Part shown: one piece after another, positions 10,124 through 20,406 of the stretch | How the letters are laid out: the number at the start of each line of letters is the position of its first letter | Position numbering within the stretch: the stretch's first letter is position 1 | NCBI GenBank assembly: GCA_963662585.1 | Contig: OY759729.1 | Coordinates: 1,888,001 to 1,952,000 of the forward strand | Direction of reading: 5' to 3' | DNA: 64,000 nt | DNA from: Candidatus Cloacimonadales bacterium | GTDB taxonomy: Bacteria; Cloacimonadota; Cloacimonadia; Cloacimonadales; JAFGVF01 | Position numbers and translations under genes: made by a program | The notes under the pieces: generated by a model | What the model was told of the DNA's origin: nothing | The model's input: only the letters and a program-made list of their open reading frames with translations | Databases searched by the model: none

Positions 10124-10999
10124 ATGAAAAACTTAATATCATGCAATATCTGTCCACATAGATGTGGTGTTGACAGAGTTAACACTTTAGGCTTTTGCCA
10201 AGCTCCTGCTCAACTTAAGATGAATTTAGCTCAAATTCATTTTGGGGAAGAACCTTTTTTAGTTGGAAAAGGTGGTAGCGGTACTATCTTTTTCTCTCAT
10301 TGTAATTTGCACTGTTGCTATTGTCAGAACTTTGAAATCTCTGCTCACGGACGAGGTGAGTTTATCAGCGAAGATAAGCTGATTGAAACAATGTTTTCTC
10401 TCAAAGAAAAAGGTGCAGTCAATATTAACTTCGTTTCTCCTAGTCACTATTCCGAAATGCTGATTCCTGTAATAATGAAAGCTAAAGAAATGGGCTTAAA
10501 CTTACCCATCGTCTGGAATACAAACTCTTATGAGTCAGTGGAGACCTTAAAGCAACTGGAAGGCTTAGTAGATATTTATCTGGCTGACTTCCGCTATTGG
10601 AATAATGAGAATGGTGTAAAGTATTCAGGAATAAAAAATTATCAAGAAGTAGCAACTTCGGCTATTAAAGAAATGTTCAGACAAACTGGTTCAATTAAAC
10701 TTGATGATGGACTTGCCTGGATGGGTACGCTAATCAGAATTTTAGTCCTGCCTAATAATCTAACAGGTACAGAATCTATTTTAGAGTGGATAGCCGATAA
10801 TTTAGGCACACATATAAACATTAGCCTGATGTCGCAATATTATCCCACCTACAAGAGTAAGGACTTTCCAGAGCTTAATAGAAGTCTTACAAAAAGCGAA
10901 TATGAAAGGACTGTTACTACTTTAGAAAGACTGGGATTTGATAACTACTTGCTACAAGAACTCAATCCTTCAGCTGATTGGACTCCTAAATTTAGATAA
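10124..10999 (+). CDS. pflX: Radical SAM protein, PflX-like
   Basis: CNLHCCYC (CxxxCxxC), N-terminal CNICPHRC, HFGEEP and GSGTIFFS. Confidence 0.8.
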   Translation: MKNLISCNICPHRCGVDRVNTLGFCQAPAQLKMNLAQIHFGEEPFLVGKGGSGTIFFSHCNLHCCYCQNFEISAHGRGEFISEDKLIETMFSLKEKGAVNINFVSPSHYSEMLIPVIMKAKEMGLNLPIVWNTNSYESVETLKQLEGLVDIYLADFRYWNNENGVKYSGIKNYQEVATSAIKEMFRQTGSIKLDDGLAWMGTLIRILVLPNNLTGTESILEWIADNLGTHINISLMSQYYPTYKSKDFPELNRSLTKSEYERTVTTLERLGFDNYLLQELNPSADWTPKFR

Positions 11000-11507
11000 T
11001 CCTTGTCTGTTTACACTTGTAAGTGATGTTTACAGGTGTGTTAATGATGTTGAGGAAGTAATCTATAAGTTAGGTGTTTTGAACAATGTTTTTCATCTAG
11101 CGATATCTGCGTTTCACAGTACTTTATGAGTATTTCAGTATTTAAAAGAATAAAAATATAATTTTTGGAACTAACAATGCAATTATAAGAAATAACGATC
11201 TTTGAAAAACAGTTTAAATTTGAAAGTAAGGATTATAGCTCCTCTTCTAAATCTTCTGTCTCTTGTCAAACCGAGATTTAGATAATTTATATAGTTTGGA
11301 GAGCATTCTATGTAGTCTGTAGGGAAAAAAGGGCTAAACATAAATATAATCCGTATTGACGAAACAATAATTGGGTATGTAACCTAAGTGAATAGTTTTG
11401 GAGAATTTATCACTCACGCTACCTCCTCATGACTGCCTAATCGCAATCTCACTTGCCAACCCAAGCATCCCAGTTATTGTTTTTGTCAATATTTTTTTAT
11501 CCGTTTT

Positions 11508-12407
11508 TTAGAGAATAAAATAGGAATACAATGAGACAAAGAGCAGTGAAAGTATTAAAGAAAAAGATACTATTGTAGCTGCAAACTCTCTATCTAAATC
11601 TTCTAATTCTGAGAATATCAGAGTGTTAAAACCTACTGGAGCACTGGCACAAATCAAGACAATATCTGATATTGGTTGTGTTAAGTTAAGCAGATTAACA
11701 ATTATTAATCCCAAGCCAAAACCTAAAGCCATTCTTAGACTTATCACTCCCATAGTTAATTTAAAATTAGCAATTTTAGGGTGGAAATAGATTCCCAAGG
11801 AAAATATAATTAAGGGCATAGTTGGACTTCCCACATAATCAAGAATATCTAGATATATTTGACTTAGGGTAAAGGGCAGTAAATTAATTATTAAGCCAAT
11901 AAAGATCCCCCAAATTGGAGGAAGTAACAACATCTTTTTAATAGGAAGTTGAGAATCTTCTCTGCTACTATAGCGGATTGCCTGATAATAGGCAAAGATA
12001 TATATCATAAGAGAATTCCCTAAATCAAAGAGAGAGTAATATCCAAAAGCTGATTGCCCGAAAAAAGCATAGATAAAAGTAGAAACAAATCCGGTGTTAA
12101 TTATTAAAGAACCAATTAAAAAAGTACCTTTTCTTTTTTGGGGAAGATTAAGTCTCTTGCAAATAAGGTTTGCTGGAATAAAAGTGATTAACACAATCAG
12201 TATTGGTAAAAGAATAAGATAAAGTAGTTCAACATTGATGATTAGGTTGGCCAAGGAAACTACAGTAAGAGCTGGAAGAGTAATATTAAGAACTAATTGC
12301 AAAAATCTATCAGCATCTTTAATGTTAAAAATACTTAATTTTTTGCTTAGAAATCCTAAGCTAAACATAATTAAAACAGGTATAATCTTGACAAAATAAG
12401 GGGGCAT
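11508..12407 (-). CDS. AEC (auxin efflux carrier) family transporter
   Basis: ~10 TM segments, NITLPAL and NTGF motifs; start moved to ATG 12407 because GGAG lies at 12416-12413. Confidence 0.82.
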   Translation of the reverse strand: MPPYFVKIIPVLIMFSLGFLSKKLSIFNIKDADRFLQLVLNITLPALTVVSLANLIINVELLYLILLPILIVLITFIPANLICKRLNLPQKRKGTFLIGSLIINTGFVSTFIYAFFGQSAFGYYSLFDLGNSLMIYIFAYYQAIRYSSREDSQLPIKKMLLLPPIWGIFIGLIINLLPFTLSQIYLDILDYVGSPTMPLIIFSLGIYFHPKIANFKLTMGVISLRMALGFGLGLIIVNLLNLTQPISDIVLICASAPVGFNTLIFSELEDLDREFAATIVSFSLILSLLFVSLYSYFIL

Positions 12408-12562
12408 AGATACTCCAACTAAAATATTGTTAATACCAAACAAATAGATATTTAGAATTAGTAAAGTTTTTTGTTTACAAAATTTCTAAGTTATTAATTT
12501 AGGTACTAGATAGAATATATTAAATTATTAAATAAATATAAAAACATTATCCCGGAGGATTA

Positions 12563-14113
12563 ATGAGCACAGAAAAACAGATTACTGAATTGCGACTTAA
12601 GAGAACCGAGGCTGAATTAGGTGGAGGGCAAAAAAGAATAGATGCCCAACATGCTAAAGGAAAGCTTACAGCTCGTGAAAGAGTCAATAATTTATTAGAT
12701 CCAAATAGTTTTGAAGAGTTTGATCTATTCGTAGAGCACAATTGCCATGATTTTGGTATGGAAGAAAATATCATTCCTGGCGATGGAGTAATAACCGGTT
12801 GCGGAACTATTAACGGAAGATTAGTATATCTTTTCTCACAAGATTTCACCGTTTTGGGTGGGTCATTATCAAAAACTTATGCAGAGAAAATCTGCAAAGT
12901 AATGGATATGGCTATAAAGGTCGGAGCTCCTGTTATCGGATTGAACGATTCCGGTGGAGCAAGAATCCAAGAAGGTGTGGATGCTCTTGCAGGTTATGCT
13001 GAGATTTTCTACAGAAATGTTATGGCTTCTGGTGTAGTTCCTCAGATTTCTGCTATATTAGGACCATGTGCAGGTGGAGCTGTTTACTCTCCTGCTATCA
13101 CTGATTTTGTGATGATGGATAAGAAGAATAGTTATATGTTCGTTACTGGACCTAAAGTTGTTAAATCTGTTCTTAATCAAGATGTTACAGTTGAACAACT
13201 TGGTGGAGCAATGGCTCATGCAACCAAGAGTGGTGTTACTCACTTCGTTACTGAAAATGAAGAAGAGACTTTACTCCTTATCAAGAAACTTCTTAGTTAT
13301 TTACCATCCAACAATTTAGATGATCCTCCTTATATCCCAAATGCTGATCCAATTGACAGAGCTTGTGATAGACTTAATGATATTATTCCTGAAAATGCTA
13401 ACAAACCTTATGATATGTTAGATGTTATTCATGAAATAGCTGATGAAAATGAATTTCTTGAAGTTTCAAGAAATTACGCTCAAAATATCATAGTTGGATT
13501 TGCTAGATTTAATGGCTATCCTGTAGGTATTGTTGCTAATCAACCAAAAGTTCTTGCAGGTGTTTTAGATATCAATGCTTCTTCAAAGGCAGCCAGATTT
13601 ATCAGATTCTGTGATTCTTTCAATATTCCTTTATTAGTTTTAGAAGATGTTCCAGGATTCTTACCAGGACCAAATCAAGAGCATAATGGAATTATCAAAC
13701 ATGGAGCTAAGCTTCTTTATGCTTTTGCTGAAGCTACTGTTCCTAAAATCACTGTAATTCTTAGAAAAGCTTACGGTGGAGCTTATTGTGTGATGAATAG
13801 TCGTCACATGAGAGCAGACATGGTTTATGCTTGGCCTTCAGCTGAAATCGCTGTTATGGGACCTGGTGGAGCTGTGGAAGTTATCTTCCGTAAAGAAGCA
13901 ATGGCTACTAAAGATCCAAAAGCTGCTCTTAAAAAGAAAGAAGATGAATATAGAGAAAAGTTTGCTAATCCTTATAATGCTGCTAAGAAAGGTTACATTG
14001 ATGATATCATTGAACCAAGTAGAACTAGATTTAGGGTTATCAGAACTTTAGAGATGCTAGCCAATAAGAAAGACTCTATACCACCTCGTAAACACGGCAA
14101 TATTCCTTTATAG
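12563..14113 (+). CDS. mmdA: Acyl-CoA carboxyltransferase; alpha subunit of Na+-translocating methylmalonyl-CoA decarboxylase
   Basis: [37 protein letters not shown]; operon with OadG-like, biotin carrier and beta subunits. Confidence 0.88.
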   Translation: MSTEKQITELRLKRTEAELGGGQKRIDAQHAKGKLTARERVNNLLDPNSFEEFDLFVEHNCHDFGMEENIIPGDGVITGCGTINGRLVYLFSQDFTVLGGSLSKTYAEKICKVMDMAIKVGAPVIGLNDSGGARIQEGVDALAGYAEIFYRNVMASGVVPQISAILGPCAGGAVYSPAITDFVMMDKKNSYMFVTGPKVVKSVLNQDVTVEQLGGAMAHATKSGVTHFVTENEEETLLLIKKLLSYLPSNNLDDPPYIPNADPIDRACDRLNDIIPENANKPYDMLDVIHEIADENEFLEVSRNYAQNIIVGFARFNGYPVGIVANQPKVLAGVLDINASSKAARFIRFCDSFNIPLLVLEDVPGFLPGPNQEHNGIIKHGAKLLYAFAEATVPKITVILRKAYGGAYCVMNSRHMRADMVYAWPSAEIAVMGPGGAVEVIFRKEAMATKDPKAALKKKEDEYREKFANPYNAAKKGYIDDIIEPSRTRFRVIRTLEMLANKKDSIPPRKHGNIPL

Positions 14114-14122
14114 GTGATAATA

Positions 14123-14836
14123 ATGAAAAAAAATAAATTAGTATTTTTTCTCATCCTGCTATTTGTTGGAGTAAATCTTTTTGCAGCTGAAGAAGCAAAG
14201 GTTACTTTTCAAAAGACAGGAAAAACAGTAGAATTTACTATTAGTGAAAATTACACTCTTAGAGCGGTAGCTGATAGTATAAACATGCCTGTAAAAAAGT
14301 TAAAGGCCATGTTACTCACTGAGCTTTCACTTTATGGAGAAACTCATCCTGATTATAAAGGAGTTAAGCCACAAAGTAGAGAGTGGGATGTAGTTCCTAT
14401 CCATGAACTTAATATTACACCGGCAACAGTTGCTGAGAAATTTAATTCCTTTACTGATAATACTATGAATTATGGTTATAGTGTTACTGTGGTAGGTATT
14501 ATAGTTGTATTCTTGAGTTTACTCTTAATAAGTGTCTTAATTAATCAATTCCAACATCTAGAGAAAACAAAGGATATTAAAGTTAAAAAGAAAGCTAAAT
14601 CTGCTTTAACTACAATCGAAACTCCAGCTGGGAAAGTTACAGGACCTACAGATGCTATTAGCTCAAATGCTATTGTTGCAGTCATTGCTGCTTTGCATAA
14701 ACATAAGTTATCTGTGGAAGAGAGAGTTAAAATTCAAATGACTTTTAGCAGAACCCCGGTAAATATGTGGAGTGCTTCTGCCAAGATGGATATGCCGAAT
14801 AGAGTTTATAATAAACCTACTGATAGGAGTAAATAA
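14123..14836 (+). CDS. mmdD: OadG/delta subunit of Na+-translocating decarboxylase with N-terminal extension
   Basis: TM VTVVGIIVVFLSLLLIS plus IVAVIAAL...W OadG-type C-terminus; ATG 14123 follows AGGTG. Confidence 0.7.
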   Translation: MKKNKLVFFLILLFVGVNLFAAEEAKVTFQKTGKTVEFTISENYTLRAVADSINMPVKKLKAMLLTELSLYGETHPDYKGVKPQSREWDVVPIHELNITPATVAEKFNSFTDNTMNYGYSVTVVGIIVVFLSLLLISVLINQFQHLEKTKDIKVKKKAKSALTTIETPAGKVTGPTDAISSNAIVAVIAALHKHKLSVEERVKIQMTFSRTPVNMWSASAKMDMPNRVYNKPTDRSK

Positions 14837-15567
14837 TGAAATCATATAAAATGAAAATAAATGGCGAAAATTACGATGCAAAAATTATCTCATTTGACTC
14901 AGAACAAGCTAAAATTGATGTCAATGGAAATATATTCATAGTTGATTTTGAAGATGATAATCAAAATTTAATACCAAAACTTACTAGAACTTATAAAGAA
15001 GTACCAGGTGCTCCTCAGTTGTCTGTTGATTATGCAGACGGAACTGTTAAAGCTCCAATTCCTGGTGTTATCGTAACAATTAAGAAAAAAGTTGGCGATA
15101 GAGTTGAGAAAGGCGAAGCTATTGTTATTCTTGAAGCTATGAAGATGGAATCAGAAATCGAAGCACCAGGTTGTGGTGTGATTGAGGAAATCTTAGTTAA
15201 AGAAAAAGCTCCAGTTCATGAAGGAGATGCTTTAGTTAAAATCAAGTTTGATGCTATCGAAGAAGCTCCTGCTCCAAAAGCTAAAGCTCAAACTAAATCT
15301 CAACCTGCCAAAGCTACTCCAATGCCTGTAAGTGCTCCTGCACCAGCTGGTAATAACAGTATTACTGCTCCAATTCCAGGTACTATCATAGATATTTTAG
15401 TTAAACCTGGTGATAAAATTACTTCTGAACAAGCAGTAATTATCTTAGAAGCTATGAAGATGGAATCAGAAGTAACTGCTGACTATAGTGGAACTGTTAA
15501 AAAAGTCTTAGTCACAAAAGGTCAAGCTGTTCAAGAAGGCGAAGAGCTTATTCAGTTAGGAGATTAA
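14836..15567 (+). CDS. mmdC: Biotin carboxyl carrier (gamma) subunit with two biotinyl domains
   Basis: Two EAMKMESE biotinylation motifs separated by an Ala/Pro/Lys linker. Confidence 0.88.
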   Translation: MKSYKMKINGENYDAKIISFDSEQAKIDVNGNIFIVDFEDDNQNLIPKLTRTYKEVPGAPQLSVDYADGTVKAPIPGVIVTIKKKVGDRVEKGEAIVILEAMKMESEIEAPGCGVIEEILVKEKAPVHEGDALVKIKFDAIEEAPAPKAKAQTKSQPAKATPMPVSAPAPAGNNSITAPIPGTIIDILVKPGDKITSEQAVIILEAMKMESEVTADYSGTVKKVLVTKGQAVQEGEELIQLGD

Positions 15568-15569
15568 TA

Positions 15570-16697
15570 ATGGCTGAATTTATAAATTTCTTTGAAACTA
15601 CCGGATTTTATAACATTAGTCTGGGCTATGCAATGATGATAGTTATAGGCTTAATCTTTATCTATCTCGGTATCGCTAAACATTATGAACCCCTCTTGTT
15701 AGTTCCTATTGGATTTGGTATCTTAATAGGAAATATTCCGGGTGTCGGATTGCAAGGACAAGGTGTTTATGATGAAGGTTCTGTGCTCTATTACCTCTAT
15801 CTTGGTGTTAGTAAAGGATATTATCCTCCGCTAATTTTCCTAGGAATTGGGGCGATGACAGACTTCTCAACCCTTATTGCTAATCCTAAATTAATTCTGA
15901 TTGGTGCTGCTGCTCAAGCTGGTATCTTTATTACCTTTATTGGCTCACTTCTTTTAGGATTTAATGTTATGGAAGCTGCCTCTATTGGTATTATCGGTGG
16001 TGCTGATGGTCCTACATCTATCTATATTTCTTCTAAGTTGGCTCCTCATCTTTTAGGTGCTATTGCTATCGCTGCCTATTCCTATATGGCTTTAGTTCCA
16101 GTGATTCAACCTCCTATTATGAAAATGCTTACTACTAAGAAAGAAAGACAGATTCACATGAAGACTCCTCGCTTAGTTACTAAACAAGAAAAGATTATTT
16201 TCCCAATTGTTGGTTTGTTAGTAACATGTTTCATCGCTCCAGGTGGTATTGCTCTTCTTGCAATGCTTTTCTTTGGAAACTTACTCAAAGAGTGCGGTGT
16301 GGCTGAAAGATTAGCTGATACAGCTCGTAATGCCTTAATGAATATTATTACTATTCTGCTTGGTGTTACTGTTGGTGCAAGTACTGATGCAGGTAAATTC
16401 CTAAATTGGTCATCTGTAAAGATTTTCATCTTGGGTGCCTTCTCTTTCTGCGTTGCTACTGCTTTTGGTATTATCTTCACTAAGTTTATGAATCTCTTCC
16501 TTAAAGAAAAGATTAATCCACTTATCGGTAATGCTGGTGTTTCTGCTGTGCCAGATTCAGCTCGCGTTTCTCAAATTGAAGGTCAAAAGTATAATAAGCG
16601 CAATTTCTTACTTATGCATGCTATGGCTCCTAATGTAGCTGGTGTTATCGGTTCAGCTGTGGCTGCTGGTGTGATGCTTGGTATCTTAGGAAACTAA
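15570..16697 (+). CDS. oadB: Na+-translocating decarboxylase beta subunit
   Basis: YEPLLLVPIGFG, IGIIGGADGPT, SYMALVPVIQPP, HAMAPNVAGVIGSA. Confidence 0.95.
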   Translation: MAEFINFFETTGFYNISLGYAMMIVIGLIFIYLGIAKHYEPLLLVPIGFGILIGNIPGVGLQGQGVYDEGSVLYYLYLGVSKGYYPPLIFLGIGAMTDFSTLIANPKLILIGAAAQAGIFITFIGSLLLGFNVMEAASIGIIGGADGPTSIYISSKLAPHLLGAIAIAAYSYMALVPVIQPPIMKMLTTKKERQIHMKTPRLVTKQEKIIFPIVGLLVTCFIAPGGIALLAMLFFGNLLKECGVAERLADTARNALMNIITILLGVTVGASTDAGKFLNWSSVKIFILGAFSFCVATAFGIIFTKFMNLFLKEKINPLIGNAGVSAVPDSARVSQIEGQKYNKRNFLLMHAMAPNVAGVIGSAVAAGVMLGILGN

Positions 16698-16726
16698 TTA
16701 TATAATATTAAAGAAAGAAGATATAT

Positions 16727-16751
16727 AAAGCCCTGCTTGCAGGGCTTTTTT
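16727..16751 (+). terminator. Rho-independent terminator
   Basis: AAAGCCCTGC-TT-GCAGGGCTTT followed by a T tract. Confidence 0.85.
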
Positions 16752-16817
16752 AGCATTTAAGCCTTTTGAGAATAAGCAAACGAAAAGCAGGAGATCAAGA
16801 GATTGAGTCATGAAAAG

Positions 16818-17121
16818 GCTCTTGTTCAAGTCTGGTAGAAATTATTAAGGATTTCCTTGCACCTTATTATTGCATTACAGTAAGTTAGGCCTTATAGTGG
16901 ACAAGAAATTGAAGTTTTTATGCTAAATAAATATGACTTAATCCTGACTTGTGAGGGCGTAGCTTTGCGAAGACTCAAAGGATGAGTTTATATCCCCAAC
17001 GGGGATTAATAGTTTGTCCCAGGCTAATCTATTAATCCCTTTCAGGGATGTTTTAACCTTTACATTATTAACTAAACTGTTTCGTTATAAATTTATCTTT
17101 CCACCAGACTTGAACTTGATC
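16818..17121. mobile_element. MITE/REP-like non-autonomous element, short copy
   Basis: Imperfect terminal inverted repeats GTTCAAGTCTGGTAGAAA / TTTCCACCAGACTTGAAC; colinear with 55340-55864. Confidence 0.7.
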
Positions 17122-17205
17122 CTACTAAATTCATTAAACTTATTCCTTATAAGCAACCCCATCAATCCAGGTTCTTTAGTCAAAATAATAAAATACTTGC
17201 CAAAG

Positions 17206-17239
17206 TTAACTACTTGATTAAATTTGACCATATAGTTAA
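17206..17239. promoter_or_regulatory. Tandem TetR operator-like palindromes
   Basis: TTAACTACTTGATTAA (17206-17221) and TTGACCATATAGTTAA (17224-17239) directly upstream of tetR. Confidence 0.55.
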
Positions 17240-17249
17240 TGTTTAAGAA

Positions 17250-17873
17250 ATGAGAGGTATTATGAAACGCTATAATAAAGACACGGAAGAGAAGATTTTG
17301 TTGGTAGCACAGCGAATTTTTCGTGAGAAAGGATTTAATGGGACTAAGACTCAAGACATCGCTGATGAAGCTGGGATTAATAAAGCACTATTGCATTATT
17401 ATTTCACAAGTAAAAGTATCCTTTTTGAACGAGTATTTTTAAGCTCAATAGAAGAGGTATTCACAGCCTTAGCGATACATTTGAATAGTGATGAATCAAT
17501 AATTGATAAGACTCCTAAAATGGTTTCATCTTATCTTAAATTTGTTAGTCAGAATGCGAATTTGTTTGTATTTGTTATTTCTGAAGCTTGGCAGAATCCA
17601 GAATTTACAGAGAAGTTTGTCAAAATAGTTTTAAGTAAAATTAATTATAACCAATATGTTACTTCCTTCAAGCGAGAAATAGAGCAAGGGATTATTAAAG
17701 ATGTTGATCCAGTTCAATTCTTGATAAATTTAGTATCTCTATGTATCTTCCCTTTTCTTGGTTCTCCGATTATCCAGAATGTCTTTGCTAAGGTTGAGGT
17801 TGATAAAAAAGAATTCTTTCTCCAGCGCAAAGAAGTGATCACTAATACTATGTTATCAATGGTAAAAAAGTAG
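17250..17873 (+). CDS. TetR/AcrR family regulator
   Basis: HTH IFREKGFNGTKTQDIADEAGINKALLHYYF; start may be 17262. Confidence 0.92.
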   Translation: MRGIMKRYNKDTEEKILLVAQRIFREKGFNGTKTQDIADEAGINKALLHYYFTSKSILFERVFLSSIEEVFTALAIHLNSDESIIDKTPKMVSSYLKFVSQNANLFVFVISEAWQNPEFTEKFVKIVLSKINYNQYVTSFKREIEQGIIKDVDPVQFLINLVSLCIFPFLGSPIIQNVFAKVEVDKKEFFLQRKEVITNTMLSMVKK

Positions 17874-17879
17874 GTAGAA

Positions 17880-18764
17880 ATGAGAAGAATATTCATATTT
17901 ATGGCAATGTTAATTCTGCTAAACGCTTGTGGAAAATACGATAAAACTAGTGATGCTTATGGTAATTTCGAGAGTGAAGAGATAATCGTAAGTTCGGAGA
18001 CTATGGGGATTTTGCAGGATTTTAAAGTTATTGAAGGTAATAGTGTGTTAAAGAATGAGATTATTGCAGTGATAGATACTACTGAAATGAGTTTACAGAA
18101 GAGGGAATTGCAAGTACAGTTAGCTTTAATTAAGATAAAAGAGGCTAAAGTAAAATCTGAACGGGAAGTAATAGCAATAGAATTGGCTAAAGTGCAAAGA
18201 GATGTTGAAAAAAATAGAATTCTCCTTGATGCTGGGGCTTTGGCTTTGGATATTTTGGAGAATTATCAGTATAAAGAAGATGTTTTACAGACACAATACT
18301 CGGGTTCTCTTTTAAATCTCTCTTCTTTAGATTCTGAAAGGAAGCAGTTAGAAATCAAGATTGAAAAGATTAATCATGAGATAAGCAAATCTTACATAAA
18401 GTCTCCTATTAGCGGAACAGTCTTAACTAAATTTGTTCAAGTTGGAGAGTTCGTTACCTTGGGAAAGCCTGTGATAAAAGTGGCGAACTTAGCAGATATT
18501 TATCTCAAGGCTTATGTTACTCAAACTCAGCTTGCTTCTATAGCCTTGAATCAGACTGTTACTATTTTAATAGATGATAATGCAGGTTTACGGGAGTTAG
18601 AGGGGCGTATCAGTTTTATAAGCTCTAAATCGGAATTTACACCTAAGACTATTCAGACTAGAGATGAAAGGGCTAATTTAGTCTATGCTATCAAAATTAA
18701 AGTTAAGTATGAGGAAGCTATAAAGATAGGCATGCCAGCAGAAGTTATTTTTAAGAGGAAGTAA
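17880..18764 (+). CDS. HlyD-family efflux adaptor (YbhG-like lipoprotein)
   Basis: Lipobox LNAC; SPISGTV, EFTPKTIQT and LVYAIKI motifs. Confidence 0.9.
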   Translation: MRRIFIFMAMLILLNACGKYDKTSDAYGNFESEEIIVSSETMGILQDFKVIEGNSVLKNEIIAVIDTTEMSLQKRELQVQLALIKIKEAKVKSEREVIAIELAKVQRDVEKNRILLDAGALALDILENYQYKEDVLQTQYSGSLLNLSSLDSERKQLEIKIEKINHEISKSYIKSPISGTVLTKFVQVGEFVTLGKPVIKVANLADIYLKAYVTQTQLASIALNQTVTILIDDNAGLRELEGRISFISSKSEFTPKTIQTRDERANLVYAIKIKVKYEEAIKIGMPAEVIFKRK

Positions 18765-19699
18765 TGTCAGAATTAATCAAGCTTGAGAATCTTCTCTATT
18801 CTTATGGTTCAAAAGTAGCTGTTGATCTACCAATTTTGGAAGTAGAGGAAGGAGACTTATATGGAATCATAGGAGCTGATGGTGCAGGAAAGACAACATT
18901 ATTTAGACTTCTTGCTACCCTTTATAAACCTCAGCGAGGTAAGATTACTGTCTTTGGTCATGACAGCATGCCTGATTTTGCCAAGATTCGTAAGTTTACT
19001 GGCTATATGCCTGGTAAGTTTTCTCTCTATGAAGACTTAACTATCAAGGAAAATATGAACTTCTTTGCTTCTGTATTTGGTACTAGTGTAGAAGAAAACT
19101 ATTCCCTTATTGAAGAGATTTATGTAATGTTAAAGCCCTTTGAGAACAGGAAGGCAGGCAAATTATCTGGTGGAATGAAACAGAAACTAGCCTTGTGTTC
19201 TGCCTTAATTCATAAGCCTAGATTACTGCTATTGGATGAACCAACTACGGGTGTTGACCCTGCTTCAAGACAAGAGTTCTGGGAGATGCTACTTAAACTT
19301 CAAAAGAAAGGCATCACTATCATTGTCTCGACCCCCTATCTTGATGAGGCTCAAAAGTGTAAGAAACTAGCCTTGATGCATAAATCCAAGATAATTGCTC
19401 ATGGTAATACTTCTGATTTTATTACTAATTTTCCTTCTGCCCTTTTTCATATTAAAGGCTCAGATATGCGAGGCTTAATCCATCAATTAAGGGAATTTCC
19501 TCATTGCCATTCTGCTTATAGTTTTGGAGATAGTATTCATTATCAGGATAAAAGACCAAAGCCGGAAGACGAGATTCAGCAAGAAATAGAGACTTATTTA
19601 AAGAAATTAGGACAGGTCAAAACAAGTGTGATGAAGCAAACTCCTACAATTGAAGATGCCTTTATAGAATATCTACATGGTGAAGAAAATGATAATTAA
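18764..19699 (+). CDS. ABC transporter ATP-binding protein
   Basis: GADGAGKTT, LSGGMKQK, LLLDEPT. Confidence 0.93.
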   Translation: MSELIKLENLLYSYGSKVAVDLPILEVEEGDLYGIIGADGAGKTTLFRLLATLYKPQRGKITVFGHDSMPDFAKIRKFTGYMPGKFSLYEDLTIKENMNFFASVFGTSVEENYSLIEEIYVMLKPFENRKAGKLSGGMKQKLALCSALIHKPRLLLLDEPTTGVDPASRQEFWEMLLKLQKKGITIIVSTPYLDEAQKCKKLALMHKSKIIAHGNTSDFITNFPSALFHIKGSDMRGLIHQLREFPHCHSAYSFGDSIHYQDKRPKPEDEIQQEIETYLKKLGQVKTSVMKQTPTIEDAFIEYLHGEENDN

Positions 19700-20402
19700 A
19701 GTAGAAAATTTAGTTAAGAAGTTCGGTGACTTTACGGCAGTTGATAAGATTAGCTTCCAAGTCCCTAAAGGTGAAATATTTGGTTTTCTAGGAGCGAATG
19801 GAGCAGGTAAAACTACAGCAATTAAGATGCTTTGCGGACTATCCAAGCCAACTTCAGGTTCTGCTAACATTGCGGGTTATGATTTAGTGAGTCAATCAGA
19901 GCAAGTAAAGCTAAATATTGGTTATATGAGTCAGAAGTTTTCTCTTTATGATGACTTAACTATTGGGGAAAATATTGATTTTTATGGTGGATTGTATCGC
20001 CTAAAAGGTCTAGAGTTAAGGCAGAAGAAAGATGCTATCTTGCGAGAATTAGGCTTAGTAAAACAAAGAAAAGACTTGGTTAAGTCGCTTCCCTTAGGCT
20101 GGAAACAGAAATTAGCTTTTTCTGTAGCAACTATTCATGAACCTAAGATTCTTTTTTTAGATGAGCCTACAAGTGGGGTAGATCCTATTACTAGACGCAA
20201 GTTTTGGGAGATAATAATTGCTACTGCAAATCAAGGAATTACGATTTTTATTACTACTCACTATTTAGATGAAGCTGAGTATTGCGACAGAATTTCCATA
20301 ATGGTTAATGGTAAAATTATAGCTCTTGATTCCCCAGCTAATCTAAAGGCTAAACTCAATGTCAAGACAACGGCAGAGATCTTTGCCAAATTAACAAGGT
20401 GA
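19689..20402 (+). CDS. ABC transporter ATP-binding protein
   Basis: GANGAGKTT, LPLGWKQK, FLDEPT; start 19689 or 19677. Confidence 0.92.
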   Translation: MIIKVENLVKKFGDFTAVDKISFQVPKGEIFGFLGANGAGKTTAIKMLCGLSKPTSGSANIAGYDLVSQSEQVKLNIGYMSQKFSLYDDLTIGENIDFYGGLYRLKGLELRQKKDAILRELGLVKQRKDLVKSLPLGWKQKLAFSVATIHEPKILFLDEPTSGVDPITRRKFWEIIIATANQGITIFITTHYLDEAEYCDRISIMVNGKIIALDSPANLKAKLNVKTTAEIFAKLTR

Positions 20403-20406
20403 TGCT

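Noticed and set aside
17014..17354. 67-aa and 89-aa ORFs
   Set aside because: They overlap the MITE end, the operator and the antisense strand of tetR.
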